Made by a program: the position numbers and the translations under genes
Part shown: positions 37,353 to 42,448 of the stretch, piece after piece
How the letters are laid out: every line of letters begins with the position of its first letter
Numbering within the stretch: the stretch's first letter is position 1
Notes under the pieces: generated by a model
The model's input: only the letters and a program-made list of their open reading frames with translations
Database searches by the model: none
What the model was told of the DNA's origin: nothing
Origin: Candidatus Hermodarchaeum yapensis
GTDB lineage: Archaea; Asgardarchaeota; Hermodarchaeia; Hermodarchaeales; Hermodarchaeaceae
Assembly: GCA_016840405.1 (NCBI GenBank)
Contig: JAEOSK010000024.1
Location: forward strand, 1-42,448
Length of the DNA: 42,448 nt
Direction: 5' to 3'

Positions 37353-38336
37353 ATGACTCAAGAAAAATCTGAATGGCGACCCCGACTCAAAGACATTGCT
37401 GATCAGGAAGAACTCTTCACCAGCGGTCAACGCCTCTGTGCAGGTTGCCCCGCTGGCACTGTTGCCCGGATGGCAATGCATGCTCTCCCTCGACCAAAGA
37501 ACACCATTGTTAGCAATGCCACCGGCTGTCTTGAAGTCGCATCCACAATCTATCCCTACTCTGCTTGGCGTGTCCCCTGGATGCACTCGCTCTTCGAAAA
37601 TGCCCCCGCCAATGCTAGCGGTATTGAAGCCGCCTACAAAGCCCGTAAACGGCAAGGTCTTGAGAAGGACATCCCCGACCTCCTCGTCATCAGTGGTGAC
37701 GGCAGTGGATTCGACATAGGCGTCCAAGCCGCTAGTGGCGCTATCGAACGACGACATAACTTCCTCTACATTATCTACGACAACCAAGCGTACCAAAATA
37801 CTGGAATTCAGCGTTCTGGGGCAACGCCGAAGTATGCTTGGACCACTACCAGTCAGGTAGGTCGTGCAGTGCCTGGAAAGCCAACCTGGAAGAAGCCCAT
37901 TGCCCTTGTGTATGCAGCGCATGATCCCGCGTATTGTGCTTCGGCATCGGTTTCGCATTGGCGTGACTTTATGGTCAAGGTTCGCAAGGGCATGGAGGTC
38001 GACGGTCCAGCCGTGATTCATGTGTTGTCGCCGTGTCATCGGAACTGGCGGTATCCGGAAGAGCTAGGGATGAAGATGGCAAAACTTGCGGTAGAAACCT
38101 GTTTCCATCCGCTATGGGAGTATGATGGTGATACCCGAACCTATACGATGTCCTCTCCGAGTATGCGGTACGTAAAGGATCCTGACAAGAAGAAGCCAGT
38201 TGTGGAGTGGTTAGAGCCTCAGGGTCGGTTCCGGCACTTATTCCGTCCCAAACGGCGAGATGATTGGATTCAAGACTTCCAAAGACTTGTCGATGAGGAC
38301 TGGGAGTTCATTCAGAAACTTACGAATATGGGCTAG
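37353..38336 (+). CDS. porB: 2-oxoacid:ferredoxin oxidoreductase beta subunit (TPP-binding)
   Basis: LCAGC, ATGCLEV, GDGSGFDIG, YDNQAYQNTGIQRS, SPC. GGAGG RBS before ATG 37353. Confidence 0.95.
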   Translation: MTQEKSEWRPRLKDIADQEELFTSGQRLCAGCPAGTVARMAMHALPRPKNTIVSNATGCLEVASTIYPYSAWRVPWMHSLFENAPANASGIEAAYKARKRQGLEKDIPDLLVISGDGSGFDIGVQAASGAIERRHNFLYIIYDNQAYQNTGIQRSGATPKYAWTTTSQVGRAVPGKPTWKKPIALVYAAHDPAYCASASVSHWRDFMVKVRKGMEVDGPAVIHVLSPCHRNWRYPEELGMKMAKLAVETCFHPLWEYDGDTRTYTMSSPSMRYVKDPDKKKPVVEWLEPQGRFRHLFRPKRRDDWIQDFQRLVDEDWEFIQKLTNMG

Positions 38337-38469
38337 GTCGATTCAGTCAGCTGTTCTACTGCATATATATGAATTACAAGTGATACTTGTAACTAGGTCG
38401 CTGTCTGCAACCGGCTCTAAGCACTTGTTTAAAACATATCCAAATATTATGTCAGGATAGAACTGCAAA

Positions 38470-39351
38470 ATGTCGTGGCAAATTCGCCCGTATGAATTGT
38501 CTGATAGACCCGCAATCTTGGAGATTTCCAAGCGTACATGGGGTGGCTATGATCAACTGCCTTCTGAATTGGATAAGTTGATGGCGAATCGGAATTCTTA
38601 CATGTTTGTTATGGAGTTTAAAGACCGCGTTGTTGCGTTTGCGAATCTGAAGGTCATTGACGAAGGAAAAACGGGGTGGATGGAGTTCATGCGAGTCCAC
38701 TGGCGATATCGAAAACGAGGCTTTGCCTGGACCATGACTCAGAGACTCATTACTGAAGCGCAAAACTTGGGCGTTAAACGGCTCCGTCTATCAACCACCA
38801 CTGAAAACGAAGCGACCAAACGAATAACCGACCGCATAGGCATGCATCGACTCCTTCACATGAAGCTGTTTTGGAAAGGAAACTTCCGTAGGATACGGTG
38901 GAAAGACGTATCGGTTCCCAATGTTCTAGTCTCAACGGATGAAGCCTTCGTGTTGCTGACGGATTTCCCAAGCCTAGTTCCTAAGGGCATCCTTGTCGAT
39001 TACTGGCACGCATATGATTTGACCAAAGATTCACTTGAATCGATTAGTGAAAATATAAGATTCTGGAAGGGTGAAAAGAACGGAAAGGATATGGCGCTCT
39101 CGTTTGGTTATCTTCGCGTTTTTCGCGGTGAACCAATGTGGTGTTCGACCATTTATGCTGTAGGCGAACATTCATTTTATTCAGCTCTGTCTCAACAGCT
39201 TCAAACCGCTGTGGAACATGAGGTGCGAGGGGTGTTGTGTTTTCATCCAGTTCAGTATCAGGTTGGTCATGAAATTCCTGGGCTGAAAAGGAACACGTTT
39301 TCTAGCATACTTGTGTTGTATGAAAAACACCCGCCCTTTGATACTCGTTGA
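38470..39351 (+). CDS. GNAT family N-acetyltransferase
   Basis: WMEFMRVHWRYRKRGFA motif A; LRLST..EN.A. Confidence 0.85.
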   Translation: MSWQIRPYELSDRPAILEISKRTWGGYDQLPSELDKLMANRNSYMFVMEFKDRVVAFANLKVIDEGKTGWMEFMRVHWRYRKRGFAWTMTQRLITEAQNLGVKRLRLSTTTENEATKRITDRIGMHRLLHMKLFWKGNFRRIRWKDVSVPNVLVSTDEAFVLLTDFPSLVPKGILVDYWHAYDLTKDSLESISENIRFWKGEKNGKDMALSFGYLRVFRGEPMWCSTIYAVGEHSFYSALSQQLQTAVEHEVRGVLCFHPVQYQVGHEIPGLKRNTFSSILVLYEKHPPFDTR

Positions 39352-39432
39352 GAACTGAGTATCATTCCAATAAATAAAAAGGATGAATTGAATAGGTCTA
39401 TTTAGCTATCACTTATTGGAGATGTCATGTGA

Positions 39433-39909
39433 ATGGGCGATGAAAATACGGCGTCGACACTTGTGTTGGTCGCTGCAATTCTACAATTAATTCTTAGTTT
39501 ATTTTCAATGGTTGGAGGTACATTTACTGCACTAATGCTCCTGCCATTCATGTTTGATCCCTTCATGATGATGGTAATGGGCTGGTTGATATTACTTACT
39601 GTAATACTCAACATTGTCATAGGTGTTGTTGGGATAATCTTTTCGATTATTTGGTTCAGTTGGCGACATTCACCCAGTGAACATAAAACTGGGCTGATTG
39701 CAACTGGAATTCTTGGTTTACTCTTAGCTGGTATCATTCCAGGCCTTTTAGCCCTGATCGGGGGTGTCACTGCTCCATCACCCACCGAGTATCTTGGCTA
39801 TGAACCCGCGAAAACTGTGTCTTTCAAGACCGAGAGGCGTTGTTCCAGTTGTGGGGCTGAAGCAACAGAGGACGATCAATACTGCTGGAGATGCGGAGCC
39901 CGCCTTTAA
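39433..39909 (+). CDS. Membrane protein with C-terminal zinc ribbon
   Basis: Three hydrophobic segments; CSSCG...YCWRCG. Confidence 0.8.
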   Translation: MGDENTASTLVLVAAILQLILSLFSMVGGTFTALMLLPFMFDPFMMMVMGWLILLTVILNIVIGVVGIIFSIIWFSWRHSPSEHKTGLIATGILGLLLAGIIPGLLALIGGVTAPSPTEYLGYEPAKTVSFKTERRCSSCGAEATEDDQYCWRCGARL

Positions 39910-39972
39910 ACACGTTTAATAAGCACTCACACCAACTCTGTCATGCAACCTTTGAACCAGATGGTGTAAGGC

Positions 39973-40497
39973 GTGGTAGGACTTCGCATCTTTGGATTTG
40001 AAAATACACCACCTAATCTCCTGGCTGGAATTAAAAAAACGCTGGATAACCAGTTTTCCCAGCTGTTCAACCCAGTGAGTCTCCATCCCGATTTTTTACC
40101 CGTTCCCGAAGATGCCTATGATTCAAAACGCCGCCAATACAGAGCACAATCATTTCTTGATGCCCTCGATAGGGTTGTTCCTCCTACTCTTCATGGTCTC
40201 GCCTTGGTGAATTATGATTTATTCGTCCCTCGGCTCAACTTCATCTTCGGTGTAGCCCAGCCAGGTGGTCACGCTCTAGTCGCACTTCCGCGGCTTCGCC
40301 CCAGCTTCTACAAACTGCCCACAGACGATATGGCTTACTTTGAACGCGTGACCAAAGAAGTCATCCATGAACTTGGACATGTTTTGGGACTTGACCATTG
40401 TACTCAATTTTGCGTGATGCGTTTTTCAAATACACTGGCTGATACAGATCAGAAACCAGGGCAATTTTGTCAAAGTTGTAAGAAAGTCCTTGGGTAA
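39973..40497 (+). CDS. Archaemetzincin (peptidase M54)
   Basis: AYDSKRRQY, LNFIFG, HELGHVLGLDHC, CVMRFS, FCQSC. Confidence 0.93.
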   Translation: MVGLRIFGFENTPPNLLAGIKKTLDNQFSQLFNPVSLHPDFLPVPEDAYDSKRRQYRAQSFLDALDRVVPPTLHGLALVNYDLFVPRLNFIFGVAQPGGHALVALPRLRPSFYKLPTDDMAYFERVTKEVIHELGHVLGLDHCTQFCVMRFSNTLADTDQKPGQFCQSCKKVLG

Positions 40498-40594
40498 CAT
40501 GGTTCACAGAACCACGAGTACATTGACATGTTAATAACATGTTGATTTTATATAGCAAGACTATGCAAAGGGGGGGTTTACGAGGGACCATAAC

Positions 40595-41833
40595 ATGGCA
40601 GAAACAAAACGGTCTCGTGGATATTTAGTCTTCCTCGTTCTCTTAATGGGTCTCATTGGACAAATGGATGTCTGGCTCTCTCTCATCGAAACCCCTGCAG
40701 CTCCATTTATCCTCGCAGAAGCAGGTTTGGACGCTTCTACCCAATGGCTCTTTGGATTGTGGCAAGGTATCTTTGGAGTCATTGTGTTTCTAGTGTTCTT
40801 CATCGGCTATTTCTCTGATGCTTTCGGACGACGAAAAGGTATCTTAGCGCTCATACTAGTAATGGGTGTTCCCGCAGGACTCATCCTCCTTGTTCCCGAT
40901 ATTACCTTCGGTTCTATTGGCTGGTACCTATTCCTACTGTTCTATTCAATCGCCATCATGGGGACAACTTCAAACCTCTGGGAAGTTCCAATCACTGAAG
41001 AATCACCAGCGAAACGGCGTGCACTCTATGGAAGCCTTGCCTTCCTCATTAGCGTCATTCCCCTCTACGCACTCCTTGGCCAACGAATCATCGGATTATA
41101 TGGCTGGAGATGGGGTTACGGTATCATGGCAATCTTCATGTTTGCACTCCTCGTCCTCCTCTTCTTCATGAAGGAAACGAAGCGTTGGACAGATGTGCAA
41201 GAGGGACGTGCAGAAAAACGACTCGGTATCATCGAAGCACTCCGATCCTTGGGAAGAAGGGACCTGGCGTATGTCGGTGTCGCTTCACTGGTCTATTTGA
41301 TGTGGACTATCTCATTCAAACTTGGTACAACCTGGTCTGGAGTATTCTTCCTTGGCACACCATACGCCTCTCAATGGAGCCTGATACTCATAATCGGTGG
41401 GCTAATGCTTCCAATTAGCGCTATCATCACAGGAGTCCTCCTAGAAAGAATTGGTCGAAACATCACCTTAATTATAGGAAGTTTCGGTGCGATATTCTCC
41501 TTTGTGGGACTTGGACTAGCCGGTTTACCAGCGTTCTTCTGGGGTGTTTACTTCTTCATGGCCATGGTGCTAGCTTGGATCTATGTGTACGTTACTGAAA
41601 TCTTTCCAACGAAGGTGCGTTCCTCAAGTGTTGGAATCGCCGTCACTGCATCTCGTCTGGGTTACATCCTAGCTCCGCTAATCGCTGCAATGATCTTCCT
41701 TTCCCTTCCAGGGAATTGGATGGCTTTTTGGGTAATCGCTGGGGTATTCATGATATTCCCACTGTTATCTTTCTTGACCAAACCCTATGAAACCAAGGGG
41801 AAGGAACTCGAGACGATCGACGAAGAAAAGTAG
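40595..41833 (+). CDS. MFS transporter
   Basis: GYFSDAFGRR, EESPAKRR, GWRW, ERIGR, EIFPTKVRS, ETKGKEL; about 12 TM segments. Confidence 0.92.
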   Translation: MAETKRSRGYLVFLVLLMGLIGQMDVWLSLIETPAAPFILAEAGLDASTQWLFGLWQGIFGVIVFLVFFIGYFSDAFGRRKGILALILVMGVPAGLILLVPDITFGSIGWYLFLLFYSIAIMGTTSNLWEVPITEESPAKRRALYGSLAFLISVIPLYALLGQRIIGLYGWRWGYGIMAIFMFALLVLLFFMKETKRWTDVQEGRAEKRLGIIEALRSLGRRDLAYVGVASLVYLMWTISFKLGTTWSGVFFLGTPYASQWSLILIIGGLMLPISAIITGVLLERIGRNITLIIGSFGAIFSFVGLGLAGLPAFFWGVYFFMAMVLAWIYVYVTEIFPTKVRSSSVGIAVTASRLGYILAPLIAAMIFLSLPGNWMAFWVIAGVFMIFPLLSFLTKPYETKGKELETIDEEK

Positions 41834-41850
41834 CTAAACTCTTTTTTCAT

Positions 41851-41880
41851 GCCGGTATGGCAGCTTGTTTGTCAGCCGGC
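41851..41880. terminator. Hairpin between convergent genes (terminator-like)
   Basis: GCCGGTATGGCA...TGTCAGCCGGC flanked by T-rich tracts, between the MFS and Nif3-like stops. Confidence 0.5.
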
Positions 41881-41891
41881 TCCCTTTCTAT

Positions 41892-42448
41892 TTAGGATCG
41901 TTTATGGCGGAAGAATCCTGAGCAGGCATAAGTCGTGATGCCTTTTTTCTCGAGCTCATCCAAGATGAGGTTCATCCCGATTGAATCGGAGCTATCATGT
42001 CCTGCGATGACCACATACATGCCTTCTTTTTCTGTTGCCTCTTTGAGTTTGTCAGTCCAGTGCATTGTCACGATGGTGCTTACGCCAGCTCGAGCGAGTT
42101 TCGGAACCGATTCAGGTCCGGGGCTCGTTCCACCAGTGAAGAAGACAAATTTGTCACCAACACTGCCTTCAGGACTTCCTACTAATATTTCGGGACCAGC
42201 ACCGACTTTCTCAGCCTCTTGATATTCAGGAATCTCTAGTAGTCCATCAACTAAGTCTCCCAGTGTAAGCGGGTCTTTCTCCTTGAGATATTTGGTTAGA
42301 AATTGATAGCCTAATGAATCAGCTGGTGTGTGTGCGCACATGAAGGGCATGTCTAATAGTCGTGCGGCATCAGTTGTTTGAGTATGATTTCGTGCTTTGG
42401 TCGCCCAATGTACTTCTTTGAGGCGTTTCGCCATAGCAGATTCGGCTT
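41892..42448 (-). CDS. Nif3-like dinuclear metal protein (5'-truncated at window edge)
   Basis: HTPAD, TGGT, TIVTMH, IAGHDSSDSIGMN. Frame stays open to the window end. Confidence 0.8.
   Translation of the reverse strand, partial: AESAMAKRLKEVHWATKARNHTQTTDAARLLDMPFMCAHTPADSLGYQFLTKYLKEKDPLTLGDLVDGLLEIPEYQEAEKVGAGPEILVGSPEGSVGDKFVFFTGGTSPGPESVPKLARAGVSTIVTMHWTDKLKEATEKEGMYVVIAGHDSSDSIGMNLILDELEKKGITTYACSGFFRHKRS

Noticed and set aside
37338-38039. 233-aa antisense ORF over porB, and the many other short shadow ORFs in the track
   Set aside because: They lie within well-supported genes on another frame or strand and have no motifs.

Overview
Archaeal chromosomal window of about 36 CDS plus one tRNA. 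Archaeal markers include FBP aldolase/phosphatase, a proteasome alpha subunit, archaemetzincin, a four-subunit 2-oxoacid:ferredoxin oxidoreductase operon, TATA-like boxes and GGTGA/GGAGG ribosome-binding sites. An Asgard-type anaerobic heterotroph is inferred from gene style but not proven. Most of the window is peptide, amino-acid and acyl-CoA metabolism: TldD/PmbA, a 2-hydroxyacyl-CoA dehydratase cluster, DppA, an acyl-CoA ligase, an ArcE-like enzyme, POR, and tRNA-Arg(UCG) head-to-head with argS. The most striking element is at the left edge: an apparent operon of a 5'-truncated, >860 aa helical rod protein built from ~65 aa repeats, a divergent tubulin/FtsZ-superfamily GTPase mixing tubulin, FtsZ and CetZ motifs with a ~40 aa insertion, and an unknown helical protein. 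It abuts a convergent coiled-coil/winged-helix gene and is a candidate undescribed cytoskeletal system. Also notable are a TPR-nitrilase fusion and a structured, apparently independently transcribed intergenic RNA or small ORF at ~30890-31075. No CRISPR array, rRNA or mobile element was recognised. All calls come from motif recognition by eye; no database searches were run.
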